Part shown: in pieces, positions 18,001 to 46,047 of the stretch
Position numbering within the stretch: the first letter of the stretch is position 1
Layout of the letters: each line of letters starts with the position of its first letter
Origin: Hormiphora californensis
Lineage: Eukaryota > Animalia > Ctenophora
Direction: 5' to 3'
Assembly: GCA_020137815.1 (NCBI GenBank)
Contig: CM035354.1
Location: forward strand, 310,001-374,000
Length of the DNA: 64,000 nucleotides
Program-made: the position numbers and the translations under genes
The notes under the pieces: generated by a model
The model's database searches: none
What the model saw: only the letters and a program-made list of their open reading frames with translations
What the model was told of the DNA's origin: nothing

Positions 18001-21000
18001 CTACATACCGAATGCCTCTTGGATAGTCTTTTGGCACTGGTTACACCGTCATGTCCAAGTGTTCGTAGACGAACTTACAATCACAATCAAATTGTACCAC
18101 CCGGGGTTTGTGTCCATNNNNNNNNNNNNNNNNNNNNNNNNNNNNNNNNNNNNNNNNNNNNNNNNNNNNNNNNNNNNNNNNNNNNNNNNNNNNNNNNNNN
18201 NNNNNNNNNNNNNNNNNAGAGAGGAGAGAGTGTGAAATGATGGGAGTTAGGGAAGCTATCACGTCATTATGTGTGTGACATACCATTCTCAATATCATCA
18301 GAACATCCTCCCCAAGACCACCCTGGTTTGTCCATCTCAGGGTCAGCCTGTCCGTGCATCTTCTTGCACCCACACAACAGGAGATCACCATCTGAACACG
18401 CCTGCACCACCCCGTATATTGCCCCCGCGGTCATGATCGCTCTTATGAAGGCCGTCTCAGCGGTATCTACAAAGAGAGATGGGGGGAGAGTTAGGGGTAG
18501 CACACTCAGAACACTAAAATGGATGTGAAAATAACTATCTAGCGCTCCTTCACACGCTGCTAAGGTCCCGGACCGCCCCCTAACATCGTTACCTTTGGTG
18601 ATGATCTTGCCGAATAGATCCATCGATGTACTGTCTGTGTGGCAGTTCCACCTCCGGTCACTGAACTCGTCCTTGCACTGGGCAATACTCTCTTTCAGAC
18701 CATGTCTCAGTGCTTCCTTATAACTGTTAATCTCAATACAATCCTGGAGAGGGAGGGTTGGAAAGGGAGGGTTGTTTAGAAAATCATCGTCATGTTGCTA
18801 ATTACACACACAGGAAAATAATATGATTAGAAAGTCAATGCTGGGAATTTAACTGGTATAGTGGACTGTTAGCATGCAAGTGTCAATTCAGCTGTCAACA
18901 AGCAGATCTCTATTTATCCCACGCTTACCCGCTGCTGTGCTCTAGTTAAACGAAGAAAGGTGGTATCTTCACACTGCTTCTCCTGTTCGTCTCCCAGGTA
19001 CCTAGGATGATTGGCCAGCTGTTTAAGGGTACACCTCGGCAAAATTTTTGTCGAGTGCCCGCTTAGCTCTCCATATGGGGTTGTAGGGCATACCAAGCCG
19101 ACCTCAAATATGCAATTTTAGCCCTTAACTCGAATTCATATTTTTGCTACAGCCCCTCAAAGTTGGACCCTAAAAACCGGTTTTTAAGGTCCCTAAATTT
19201 TATTTTTAGGGCTAGAAAACTGAAAATTTGGGGATTTGTAGAGGATACCAAGGTGTATCAGCCCAAACAGAAATTTTTTGAAATGGAGCTCAATTTTTTG
19301 TCTGAGACGATTTTACTTTTTTTGACTTTGAGGCCATATTTGGACATGTTCCTATGGACCGTTAAGGCTAAAAATTGGATATTTGGTGCTCCTAACAATT
19401 GTCAAAGTAGCCACAAATTTTCAGGAGGTCCGAATTTGAAATGTGGCCTACAGGTTTCTTTTTGTAAAGCACATATTTTAGGAAAACTTAAAATGGCTAT
19501 ATCTCAAAAACGGTAGGTCCTAGCGATCTAATTTTGTGCTAAATCGATTCAGCGGGTCCGATTTTGGGGGGGTCGTCTCTTAGACATTTTGCTCTAAGTC
19601 TAACCGTTTTTTCAGAAATCGTGTTTTAAGGTTTGTACATGTTTAGCAGAAATGCTTCTAGCTAGAGCTAATCTTACCTATTTCTGCTAAACATGTACAA
19701 ACCTTAAAATACGATTTCTGAAAAAACGGTTAGACTTAGAGCAAAATGTCTAAGAGACGACCCCCCCCCCCCCAAAATCGGACCCGCTGAATCGATTTAG
19801 CACAAAATTAGATCGCTAGGACCTACCGTTTTTGAGATATAGCCATTTTAAGTTTTCCTAAAATATGTGCTTTACAAAAAGAAACCTGTAGGCCACATTT
19901 CAAATTCGGACCTCCTGAAAATTTGTGGCTACTTTGACAATTGTTAGGAGCACCAAATATCCAATTTTTAGCCTTAACGGTCCATAGGAACATGTCCAAA
20001 TATGGCCTCAAAGTCAAAAAAAGTAAAATCGTCTCAGACAAAAAATTGAGCTCCATTTCAAAAAATTTCTGTTTGGGCTGATACACCTTGGTATCCTCTA
20101 CAAATCCCCAAATTTTCAGTTTTCTAGCCCTAAAAATAAAATTTAGGGACCTTAAAAACCGGTTTTTAGGGTCCAACTTTGAGGGGCTGTAGCAAAAATA
20201 TGAATTCGAGTTAAGGGCTAAAATTGCATATTTGAGGTCGGCTTGGTATGCCCTACAACCCCATATGGAGAGCTAAGCGGGCACTCGACAAAAATTTTGC
20301 CGAGGTGTACCCTTAACAACCATTTAAACACAATGTGCGGTTTTTGCACGCATGTAGGGGACGCGGGGGCCACGTAGGCTATGGCCCCCGCAACTTTTTC
20401 GGTTGCCCATACAAAATTGGATGTTTGGATCCCCAATCATTGAATTTCACTACCTTACATTGGTTTTCGCTAGGCTTCTCGCTTATCTTGCGAGCATGGG
20501 AACGGCTTCGGTTATCGGGGTAGACCTTTTCTATCCTCCCTAATATCGTATATATCTTGCTCTCTCTTCCTGGCAAACTATTCTTGATTTCTACCACTCT
20601 CGTCTCACTGATGACCCTCTTATCTCACCGATAAATGTCTCTCTCCCACCCTTTCTCTCCCACTCCGGCCTTAACTCTGTCAGGCCAGTGCTCTGACCAC
20701 AGTTCTCGCACGCTCTTGAAGAAATGAGAGTAGGGTCAGGCCAATGCTCTGACAGGCCTTACTGGATGATTGGGTCTGTGGACCGTTAGTAAGTAAACCA
20801 AAAAGTCGCCGTCTTCGACTTTCGTCAATAACGACTCGTTCTTGACGAAAATGGCGACTTTTTGGTATAAAAATCAAAATTTTTTTCCCGGGCTCAGCTG
20901 TCGCTTCGCCCAATCTATAAGAGTTTCCAATACAAAATTTGGGGTATGTCATATCACGTGACTGGTCAGTGGTCACGTGGCCCCCACAACTTCAAAACCT

Positions 21001-21151
21001 CCCCTACATGCATGGGTTTTTGCTGCTGCTCTAGTGCTAATTATCAAGATTAAAACTGTTACAGATGAGATCAAGATGACAGAACTTACCACCAATATCC
21101 CTTAGCAGTCCGCAACAGAACGAAAACAAAACAGACGCTGCAAAGATTCAT
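18001..21151 (-). CDS. WNT: Wnt ligand gene (middle exons lost in assembly gap)
   Basis: Exons 21151-21090 (signal peptide MNLCSVCFVFVLLRTAKGYW-W, phase-2 intron), 19001-18929 (YLGDEQEKQC...LTRAQQR), 18743-18593 (DC...QCKDEFSDRRWNC) and 18466-18284 (ETAFIRAI..AG...ACSDGDL.CGC...WSWGGCSDD). After the gap, 18117-18001 gives GHKPRVVQFDCDCKF..., then a 1-nt frameshift to RCNQCQKT. Confidence 0.93.
18118..18217. other. Assembly gap (100 N)
   Basis: Run of exactly 100 n. Confidence 1.
19027..20312. mobile_element. 1.29-kb fully palindromic non-autonomous DNA transposon, TTAA TSD (Kolobok-like), in Wnt intron 1
   Basis: Termini gggtacacctcgg / ccgaggtgtaccc; ttaa at 19023-19026 and 20313-20316; near-identical arms around a ~25-nt spacer at ~19653-19678. 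RR..YY termini with TTAA fit Kolobok. Confidence 0.85.
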
Positions 21152-21827
21152 AGTTTTCTCTAGATCAGAACAAGATAATAGTGTCAAGTGGGGTATTATT
21201 CCGGGGGTATAGTGGTAGCGGTGTTTACAGGTGCGGCTTGTAACACGACACGGTTAATGATGAGTTGAGACCTCACTAATTAATTAATTAATTAGCTGCA
21301 CCCTGGATTGCTACAATAGGGCTAATTAAATTGTAATTTTGGGCCCTAATTAGGCAAGATACCCCTTCCGTGATTCGTAATGTGTTACAAGAAAATCAAT
21401 TGACATTACTAGCAATACAACGACTATCTTCAAGAGAAGTAACATCGCAACTCGCAAGGGTGAGGGGCATTTCAACGCCTGCACTCCCAGGCAATGTGAT
21501 TTTCAAAATCATTGTTTGTAAAGTCACATTATTTGAACTGACTGCCATCCTTAACATACCAATAGTCGGTAACCTATAGTATAGTGTGTGAAACAAATAC
21601 CAGCCATCGGACAGAGAGAAGACCACTGGATCAAAAAAATACTGACAGAAAAAAACTGATGACTGAACTGGAAGTTCCGAATTGGAACCGAGCCCCCAAT
21701 TCATATTTTCTCAGCCGCGCACATGCTCGCAATTTTGCGGCGTGTTTGTTAAAGAATCGCGCGCTACAGCTCATTCGAAAAACCTTCCAAATAAAGTCGT
21801 AGGGAGATTTTTATGGGTACTTCATTA

Positions 21828-23166
21828 GGCCTGTCAAAACGTGTTTCAACCTAGAACTCACTAGAGGCAAGCCAATTCCGGTTGTAAATCCTAGGTATAG
21901 GTCTCCTGAACATAAAAAACCAAAATGTCAGTCTTAATTATTTGGGGGAAGGTGTGTAATTAGCCCCTAATTGATTGGTAATTGAGCATAAGGGGGAAAA
22001 AAGCTGTATCTACCCTTAGGAAAGGAGTAGAGACAAAATTAAGGGCACCAAAGTGTTCAGCGTCCTCGCATTAGTGGGGGTAGGTGCCGGAATGAAGTCT
22101 CTATCTCATCTGGTTAATTAGATAATTGGATAATTAGGTATGCGCATAGCCGTTTGATGGCCATATGGCTATAGCCATGTTAGGAAAGGAGTAGAGACAA
22201 AACCGAGGGCACTAAAATGATCAGCGTCCTCGAATTAGTGGGGGTAGGTGCTAAAATTAATCCTCTATCTCATCCGGTTAATTGGATAATTGGATAATTA
22301 GTTTTGCGCATAACCGTTTTTAGGCTATATGGCTATAGCCACTTAGGAATGGTTTAGAGACTTTTCATTGGTGCCATTTTGTAGCCAATAGCCATGTTAT
22401 GGGGGGTCGACGTCGGACTTTTAAGCTCTATCTTCAACCGTTTAGCCGTTATTTGGCTTTTAAGGTTCTGAAAATAAGCAAAAATCGGGCTTTTTACCGT
22501 TTTTTGCTAATTTTGAGCACCTTTAAAGCCAAATAACGGCTAAACGGTTGAAGATAGAGATTAAAAGTCCGACGTCGACCCCCCATAACTTGGCTATTGC
22601 CTAAAAAATGGCACCAATGAAAAGTCTCTAAACCATTCCTAAGTGGCTATAGCCATATAGCCTAAAAACGGTTATGCGCAAAACTAATTATCCAATTATC
22701 CAATTAACCGGATGAGATAGAGGATTAATTTTAGCACCTACCCCCACTAATTCGAGGACGCTGATCATTTTAGTGCCCTCGGTTTTGTCTCTACTCCTTT
22801 CCTAACATGGCTATAGCCATATGGCCATCAAACGGCTATGCGCATACCTAATTATCCAATTATCTAATTAACCAGATGGAATAGAGACTTCATTCCGGCA
22901 CCTACCCCCACTAATGCGAGGACGCTGAACACTTTGGTGCCCTTAATTTTGTCTCTACTCCTTTCCTAAGGGTAGATACAGCTTTTTTCCCCTTATGCTC
23001 AATTACCAATCAATTAGGGGCTAATTACACACCTTCCCCCAAATAATTGAGACTGACATTTTGGTTTTTTATGTTCAGGAGACCTATACCTAGGATGTAC
23101 AACCGGAATTGGCTTGCCTCTCGTGACTTCTAGGTTTGGCCAAAAATCGACACGTTTTGACAGGCC
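21828..23166. mobile_element. 1.34-kb palindromic element with GGCC termini, flanked by TA
   Basis: ggcctgtcaaaacgtg ... cacgttttgacaggcc; centre ~22485-22500; each arm has an internal ~160-bp duplication containing attagtgggggtag and aattggataatt. Confidence 0.85.
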
Positions 23167-25116
23167 TATGTATGTACTCGAATGATCTTGGGTACAACAC
23201 GTACCACTTCAAAACTCATTGGCTGTGAGTACTGAGTGGGCCCACTTGGTAACATTGCCATGCTACCTGATCTCTGCCATACCCCCCATTTGGCATTTGA
23301 TTCTCAATGCGCTGAGCTGAGACTGTCTGGCGCCGCGACCCATCTGAGCGCACTGTCAGAATCAAATGGGGTATGGCGCCGCCATATAACAGAGCTGAGA
23401 TGAGGTCGCGGCGCCATATTATATATATATTAGCCTGATGATCTCTGCTTCGCAGATATAATGCGACTCCAGACTAGACTGGGCCTCACTCCTCAGTGCA
23501 GCGACAATGCCCTGCCGCCGTCACTGTCACTTTAACAGTATATAGCCTACTGTGGGTTAAATTTGCCCACACGCATATAATTATAAAACGGTATCTGTAG
23601 GCCATAGTTTTCATTCAATCTGCCTAGCATTTCTTAAGTCTTACTTTTTGACAACTAGCGCACCCATTGGGTGCGCCTCAAGTAAGGGCTTTTTGATAAC
23701 CCACCCGGCTTCGCCGGGTGGTTCTTTTTGCCCCTTTCAACGGTTGCCATGGCAACTGAATTGGTAACTATGGGGAATGGCCTGTTAAAAGTCATTCGAA
23801 ATATTAAGAAACTTCCACTGGAACTTCAGAAAGTGTGAATAACAGCTTTACAGCTTTCGTCATATGAAGTGTTTTATGAAGGAGCAGACTGTCGCTTAGA
23901 TACCGCCTAACGAACGACCATCACTTCGACGTTCATCTCCAAATTATAATAGAGATTATCTCTCTGATGATATGAATAATGAAAACCAACTGTATAAGGC
24001 GATTGATTTATTAGCGATTTGTCAATGTCAAGCGTTACTCATGGTGGTAACATCTCATTGGCTGAAAAACACTCACATGGGAAGGGTTCAAATGTCATAA
24101 ATCGAACACGTGATATGGTTTCACCACCTGTCATCGTCCAATGGTCTGTAGTGCACTACCCATGTGATAGGGGCCAGGATGGGGAATGGGGGATGCACTG
24201 ATCACGTGTACTAAGAGGTGTTGACATCTTGCCCTGTCACGTGATAACTGGTGCTCTATAGTGCATATTTGAGTGAGCTGTATAAAATGCAAGCAAACCC
24301 CATTAAGATCACTGATTATACAAATTATCATTTGTTCATGTGAGAGACAAGTGTTATGGATATCGTTAGATATAAGTTTTAGATTGAAAAGTCAATCCAA
24401 AAGCGAAATATGGGCCTTAGAGTGTCGTGTGGGCAATATTAACCCACAATAGGCGGCTCTTATACCCCTGCGGCTGGAAACTGTTAAGGTGTCACGATGA
24501 ATAAAAGAAACGCAATTTTAATTTGTAATTGGTACCAATGGTAATGGTATCTGAATTCAGCTGAATTGTTAATCTTATCCAACATGAACAGTGTGACTAA
24601 CTGCAACAAACAAATATAATAAAACTGATTGAAAATTAGTCATTTAATAAGATGTCTCTTGATTTCTCTTCAACTTCGCCGCTCTCGTTTGTTTTGAGAC
24701 TGATCAGATGTTTGGGCACGTCGCGCCCTCTTTTTTCGCACGCGATTTTTCGCGAACCCCTCACTGCGGAGGGGCTGCTTCGCAGCCAAATCAGATGTCC
24801 TGACAGGAAGTCAGACGAGATTATGTAACTTTAAGTACAGCTCAATGTATCTGAATCACCTTCTCCTGTAATTATATCCCATCTCATAATATATTGAGAT
24901 GTATATGAGTCATATACATCTCAATTGCAACTGTACCTTACTCACTCGCACGTCAAAAAGTGAATGTAATCTAATAGATAGACTCACAACGTCACAGTCC
25001 ATGACAGAGGCCTCTGAATCATCAGCAGAGATGATATTATCACGGAGCAGAAATATTAGCAAAACTGTAATCTTCATCAGATAAAACTTGAGAGACAAGG
25101 GTTCTTCTCATCATAC

Positions 25117-35870
<10,754 letters not shown>

Positions 35871-38071
35871 GGCAACCTGTTGCCTAGGTGATATAGTTGT
35901 TATAATGTGTGCAATATGATTGTTAGTTGTCAACAAATCTGTACAGGCCGTTGCTATAAATAGTAGCTATAGGCTATACTTAAATAAAACGCACAATCGC
36001 AAAGATCAACAAAAAGAATTAGTAGTACTATACAGCGATCGCGATTGAAACGATATTATATTGATCACAATTACGACTCTTCCCTCTACTATAATCGCTT
36101 GACAAGTATCATGCTCCCCCCTCGTACAAACGAGTATTGAAACCACTGCGAACATATATTTCACTGAGACCTACTATAATTGAAATTCTATAGCATACTA
36201 TTATCTATAGAGGGAGGGGCCTGGTCGCATTGTATATTGGATGGGAAATATTTCACAATGTACAATGCTTGGGGAGGTGCAGAGTTTCGCAACCGGCGCT
36301 GCAAAAGTTATGCAATGGATAAATTGTAAAGGTTAAGCAATATGGATGGCTGCGAGAGACGCAGAGATGGGTGGAGAAGAAAAAGTGTGTTTTTTAGGAG
36401 CTTTCTTGTTGGCCATATTAAAACTGTATACGATCGTTCTCTAATAATAATAATAAGTAATATATGGCCCGGTGGTCACAGAATTCGCGTTAACCGCAAT
36501 TAAATCTCGAAAGTCAAAGTCACTTTCTCCTGCAGTAGGCTTCTACTATTCGGAATTTGTACTACAATAATTTCCTAGAATCATACCTATTCCATGAAAA
36601 GCAGTTTCCGTTATGCTTTATAGTATTTGACATAATATTATGGGGGTAAAATCAATATGACAATTTAAACTGTTTGCTAATTAGTATAAACAGGTAACCC
36701 ATATAAATTATACCCGGATGGCTTTAATTCAAAAGTTCCTTCTTTTGCGTTGCCTGCATAACGTCATCCTATAGTAATGATCTCACTGTCAGGCCTCAGT
36801 TCTCGAAAGAAATGAGAATAGGGTCAGGCAAATGCTCTGACTTGTTGAGTAAGGGGTCCCCCTTACTCAACAAGCTTTGACAATGATCTCATCCTTCAGA
36901 AGACTGTATTAACATGCAATCTGTTACAATGTGGTACAAAGGTCTGGCGGGATAATGTTAATTCGCCGGATAAGTAGGATCGTAAAAACGGTTACTACAT
37001 TATATATAATCTGTGTCGTTACCCATTTCCCCTACTTGGTATAGCCAGAGTTAGTATTTATAAACCCGGGTTTATATGTAGCTGGTCACCCGGCCCGGCC
37101 CGGTTATCAAAAGCCTCCTAAAAAGCTGGGGGGGGGAGCTAAACTTTGTAAAAAATCGATGTTTGATTAAATTTTAAGCCTGAATGTTGTTTATTGAAAC
37201 TTTCCTTGCTCGACCCTGTTTCCGCACACCCGAAAATAAAAGGGTTTTAGCAAAACAAATTGAAATAGGCTCATGTTTGAAAGTATTAGTATAGCCGTCT
37301 GAATGTCACAACTATATTTATACCTTCAATAATTATGCATTAAATATCGCCCAGTCTGCACTCTGCAGTAGAACTAAATTTGCCTCCAAGTTCCAACCTA
37401 GTAATATTAGGTCATCCAATATTGATCTGGACTGGTCTACCGTGAGAGAACGGTATCAGATAGAGCCAAGCTGCCGGTTTTAGCGTCTTCCTTGGACATT
37501 TTAAGGTTGGACTAGGATGGTGGGAGCCTTCGCATGCTTGCTCTTATGTCTCACAGGCAATTAATTGGATCATTACTCTAGCTGCCGCTTTATGCTAACT
37601 TTTAACTCAATTTTGGACCAATATGACCTACTTCCGGATAATTTGGAAAGTTTTTAACCCTATATATTGCTTATTAAATGGCTTGAGATACTCCATAAAC
37701 CTTCCTGAAATTTTTGGATAAAATTTCTAGCATGGGGAAGCGATTTTCGCTAGATTTGGTAAAGCTGGATTTTAATTTTTTTACAAATGTTGAAAAAAGC
37801 CGCCATGAGCCAGGTATCCATTGACCGATCGTAATAAAACTAACATAGGACCTAGAAAATTGTATAAGCTAACATTTAACGTTGGATTCAAGTCATTTAG
37901 ACGTTTAGAACGTACAAAAACGGCCATGAAGTGCGCAAAGCGCAATTTTGGCAAAAATCCAATTTTTGAAGATGAAGATGGAATCTAAACGCTTTAATTA
38001 TGGTTGCATCAGATTCAGGCTTAAAAAGTGATCTAGAAACATTGGTCAAACCGATCATCTGTCCCCAATAG

Positions 38072-41138
<3,067 letters not shown>

Positions 41139-41889
41139 AATAGAGAAAATGCCATGACATATTCAATCATCCGTAGTGTCACAGTTTTTTCTTTCATAAA
41201 GCGGCAGCTAGAGTAGCATTGAAACATATTGCTCGTGAGGCAATACTGCCAGCAGGCAAAGGTTCCCACCATCCTAGTCCAACCTAAAAATGTCCAAGGA
41301 AGACGCTGGAACAGGTCGCTTGGCTCTATCTGGCTCCGTTCTTTCACAAACATACCTGTCCAGATCAATATTGGATGACCTAATATGTAGTATACATGTC
41401 ATTAGCTTGGAGGCAAAGTTGTAAAAAGAAAAGAAGTCTGAATCTGTTTATCAGACTCAAGTACATTACAATCGGTGTCACTCACTCCCTGCAGTGCTAA
41501 TGGAGTCGTGCGATTGTACTGTGCGTGTCACATCCTACACGATTGCAGCAGGTATCACAAATTCCCAGCAGCATCATGTATATTGGTTGCCATGATGATA
41601 CAACAACAGCTAGTGCTACACGTACTACTACACTAGTCCACTGATTTGTGAATTGGGCATGTCCATAGTCCTCCCGTATATTGGAACAAAATTTACAATA
41701 AAATGTAAAAAGTGTTGTTTGGAGCATAGACGTGTAACTGTGCAGGTAACAGCTGATTCAGCTGTGTGTATTTGGATATCAGGTGACTTTATATTATAGC
41801 TCGGTTATAATACATATACCAGCACCCGGCCTGTTACAGCCAAATTGTAGCATTACAACAAATCTAGTCAAGAAACTCTCACTGGATCA

Positions 41890-41939
<50 letters not shown>

Positions 41940-43753
41940 CTCAGCTGGGAGTGGGACAAAGAAACATTCATGCTAGTGTGTAACACCAAACTGTAGACAC
42001 GCGGAGACTGTTAGGCTGCAAAAATGTAAAGAATGGGGATCCTAAATATCCTAAAAAATCAAAAACACTCAAACTTGAGTCAAACTAAACTTCCGGGTTC
42101 AAATTCGTGGAAATGTTGCAACTTCTAAAGGCTCGAATGTTTGAAGGTGTGCAAACCAATATTCTAATATTATACCAGCACAGCTGCATCTGAGCGGTCA
42201 GCTTTTATAATGTTAGTACTATAAACAAACCGAAATGTTTTTCAGAATTAGAGACCGCTTTGAAGTGCAGCTGTAGCACAGAGTTCTTCTTGAGTGTAGC
42301 TGTACATACCGAATATAGTGTAGTACACACATGTACATTCTCTCCAAGAACTATCTATTCAGCCCGCATGCTAGCACGAGATTTACTGTAATTTTACGAG
42401 TCGTACTGTATCAAGATTGTAAGCTCATTATTGGGTGAGATAGACAGTGCCGATGCTGGTGCGCTTTATTGTTGTCACCCCCGTGCGTCAAGAAACAGGT
42501 TTCCTACTATACATGCAAATAAAAACCCGGGGGGGGGGGGGGGACAACTTCAAAAAATCCGACTTTATGGAGAGCTATTCTATCAGTTTGCTTTACCCTA
42601 CACCATGTTTACACAGAATAGAGCATTGTTCAAAGATCTAGATCTAGATAAAGCAGCGTAAAATAAAGACATGTGTAATGATGATAAGTATCGAAAGATA
42701 AAGAGCTCGAAGCAAACCAAAGAAAGAACTCTAGATAACACAAACTGTGAAACACACACAGGCTAATCGCACGTTATTTGTGTATGATAAAGCAAGTTAC
42801 AACGTATTATGTATAAGCTATGAGGTCATCCCTGGTGATCTCATACCCTGTTCTAATATGTTACCAGAATACCAAGGACGCAATACGATCGCACCATATA
42901 CTGACCAAATATATTGGTTAAAGACAAAATTATCACTATATATATACATAGTCGCAACCTATAGCCATGCGTCGTTCTGTCGCTCTCTCTCAGCACTCAC
43001 AGGGTGAATTACACTAGACATGTGTAGTGTGTACCTGTGTGTTGCAACTAGAAAAAAAGAAGACCACACACAGTAGCTTAATATTATGATTGCTGTGTGT
43101 GCCTTGAACAAAACTGTTATTTCAAAAAGCTGCGACAATATTAATAATAGTGTCTCGGTGAAGCCATCCCAGATCAAATACGCTCCCAACGATATAATTA
43201 TACATGGCAAGTAGAGTACATATTATTGCAAAAGTAACATTCCGGGAGATGGCAATTCGAGAAACTAAATTTGAAGTATTTGTAAAGAGCTCTTACCGCA
43301 ATTCAATTCAGTGCAAAATTGCTCTGATTTGTTTAAAAATAACTTCATTTACACAATAATGGAGCTGAGCTATTAAGATGCAATCACAGTCGAACTCGCT
43401 AAATGTTAGCAGTGAAGCACCTCCGCCTACAAAACTACATTCCTTTTGAAACAACCCACCCAGCAGTGGCAAATAAATTGGTTGCTGTGGTAACTGGTCT
43501 TTTCTACCTAGCTCACCCAATTACTAATTACGGGGTGCGCCTCAAGTTTGGGCTGTTGACAACCCATTCCCATCTTCCACAGTTGACACCAATATAAAAT
43601 ATAGTGGTTGCCATGGCAACAGAATCGGTAAAGATGGATACTGAATTGCTAAAATAATCACAAAACGTTTAAAAATCAGCTTTATTTGTTTAGACGTATG
43701 GAATAATTTATGACGGAGCCCTAAATACTAATACCTGCCAACGCACTGAACTA

Positions 43754-45091
43754 CACGGCGTGCCTGGTGAAATTTTAACACGACCTAGCATGCTGCGGGA
43801 AACCACCACTTGTACGTGGTAGCTGAGGGTCTACAGAATGGCGCTACGGTGCGGGAAAAAAATCCATGCCCTAAAATCTTTTTTTTTACTTTTATTTGAT
43901 TTGGGTCAAAATTGGCTATATTAAACGTGGTCCCGAAAAATCCATAATGACTTAGCACACGAAATATGTCACCCCCACCTATTTTTGCACGTAGAATCGA
44001 TTGCCGTTGAAGTCGAATCTCTAAAATGACTGTAAAATGATCAAAAGTTGATTTTTTACCATTTTTTGGAGGTTTTTGGCCCCTAAACCATTGAAAACGT
44101 TGAGATAGGAATTTGAAACTAGTGCCAATCGTTAAAAAGGTAATTTTTCTACAAAGAACCAAGTTTTCGTGTATATCCGATTTATGGTTAGATTTGGGCA
44201 AATTGTTGAAATCTGCCAACTAGGAGAACCGTAACTTGATTTTCTTGTTTTTTGGATTTTGGCATTTTTGACAAACTTCTGATTGAAATGGCCAGTCGGG
44301 ACCATGCTTAAGTTGTTTATGGGACAATTTTCGACTAAAATCCAAGATTTCATACCAATCCAATAACAGATCGTTGATTTATAGAAAATTTGCGTAGGCA
44401 AAACGGTCAAAATAACAACTTTTCTTGCTTATTTTGACCGTTTTGCCTACGCAAATTTTCTATAAATCAACGATCTGTTATTGGATTGGTATGAAATCTT
44501 GGATTTTAGTCGAAAATTGTCCCATAAACAACTTAAGCATGGTCCCGACTGGCCATTTCAATCAGAAGTTTGTCAAAAATGCCAAAATCCAAAAAACAAG
44601 AAAATCAAGTTACGGTTCTCCTAGTTGGCAGATTTCAACAATTTGCCCAAATCTAACCATAAATCGGATATACACGAAAACTTGGTTCTTGGTAGAAAAA
44701 TGACCATTTTAACGATTGGCACTAGTTTCAAATTCCTATCTCAACGTTTTCAATGGTTTAGGGGCCAAAAACCTCCAAAAAATGGTAAAAAATCAACTTT
44801 TGACCATTTTACAGTCATTTTAGAGATTCGACTTCAACGGCAATCGATTCTACGTGCAAAAATAGGTGGGGGTGACATATTTCGTGTGCTAAGTCATTAT
44901 GGATTTTTCGGGACCACGTTTAATATAGCCAATTTTGACCCAAATCAAATAAAAGTAAAAAAAAAGATTTTAGGGCATGGATTTTTTTTCCCGCACCGTA
45001 GCGCCATTCTGTAGACCCTCAGCTACCACGTACAAGTGGTGGTTTCCCGCAGCATGCTAGGTCTTGTTAAAATTTCACCAGGCACGCCGTG
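43754..45091. mobile_element. 1.34-kb palindromic element, CACGG termini, 4-bp TSD acta (Chapaev/CMC-like)
   Basis: cacggcgtgcctggtg / caccaggcacgccgtg; acta at 43750-43753 and 45092-45095; centre ~44415-44428. It sits inside another interspersed repeat related to 23652-23950. Confidence 0.87.
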
Positions 45092-45515
45092 ACTAACGAC
45101 CATTTCGACGCGAAACTCCTCTCAGATTCGCCTCAATCATGTGCTGTTGACAACTCTGCCGGGTGGCCCTCTTTATTCCAACATTTGATACCAATCTGAT
45201 GGTTGCCATGGCAACTGAGTCGGTAACTATGAAGAATGAATTGCTAAAATTTATTCGAAAGTAATCATAAACTACCAAAAGTGCAAAAACAGCTTTATAC
45301 TTGTTTGGGCACATCAAATATATAATGAAGGAGCACTGCTGGAGTTGCTTTCCAACATATTGAATAAACGACCACGACTTCGACATTTCCAAACTATAAT
45401 ATTACAAGAGTTGGGGAGAACGACGTAAATAGGTGGCAATGGTACCAAGCGGCAAGGGTAGTTCCAGGACAGTGGGACCTGGACGAAACTCAATGAAAGT
45501 CATCTAGGAGTCTCT

Positions 45516-46047
45516 ACAAGAATTATTGCATTATGTATTCATAATGCGGTGTTTCCCTGCCACAAATGGTTGTAAAATTGATGAATAAGCTTCAAAACTG
45601 GAATTCCTGATGAATTTTGCATTTATAAAGAGCAATTTTTGGCTGATACGATGTTAGTTGCTTATATGGTATCCTGGGCGGTTGCTATGGTAATCAAAGC
45701 AGTTGCTATGGTAACCAAGACAATTGCTATGATAACCAAGGCAGTTGCTTAGGAGACCCTAGTTGGTTACCAAGTGCTTCAACTTTACTTTGTGTGATAG
45801 TAGTTTCATGCTTGGAAGACTTGCTACCACGTCATGGTACGGCTGTAGGGTACCCAAATTGATTCCAGGTGAAAGTAGGAAATGTTACGAGTGAGTAATT
45901 GCGCACCACAATGTGTATCAATCATTTCCTTTGTTGCATCAACAAAGTATGAGTTGAAAGATTTATGAAGGAGCAGACTTTGTTGCTATGTGTAACGGTG
46001 GACAGACGGACACTTTTAGTTAACCCCCGAAATTGCTGATTTCTAAA
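45516..46047. mobile_element. Uninterrupted copy of the repeat split at 25853-29920
   Basis: Co-linear similarity from acaagaattattgcattatg to ctgatttctaaa. Confidence 0.75.

Noticed and set aside
19163-20176. Identical 117-aa ORFs on opposite strands (also 26706/29092, 43785/44625, 44132/44425, 54060/61932)
   Set aside because: Mirror products of palindrome arms or TIRs; no transposase or other domain motifs.
20379-20597. ORF considered as an extra Wnt exon
   Set aside because: Exon 1 (phase 2) joins directly to 19001 to give the canonical WWYLG; this ORF has no Wnt features.
23435-23470. Hammerhead ribozyme-like CTGATGA + hairpin (also 4454 and 23963)
   Set aside because: Lacks the GAAA core after stem II and has no supporting stems I/III.
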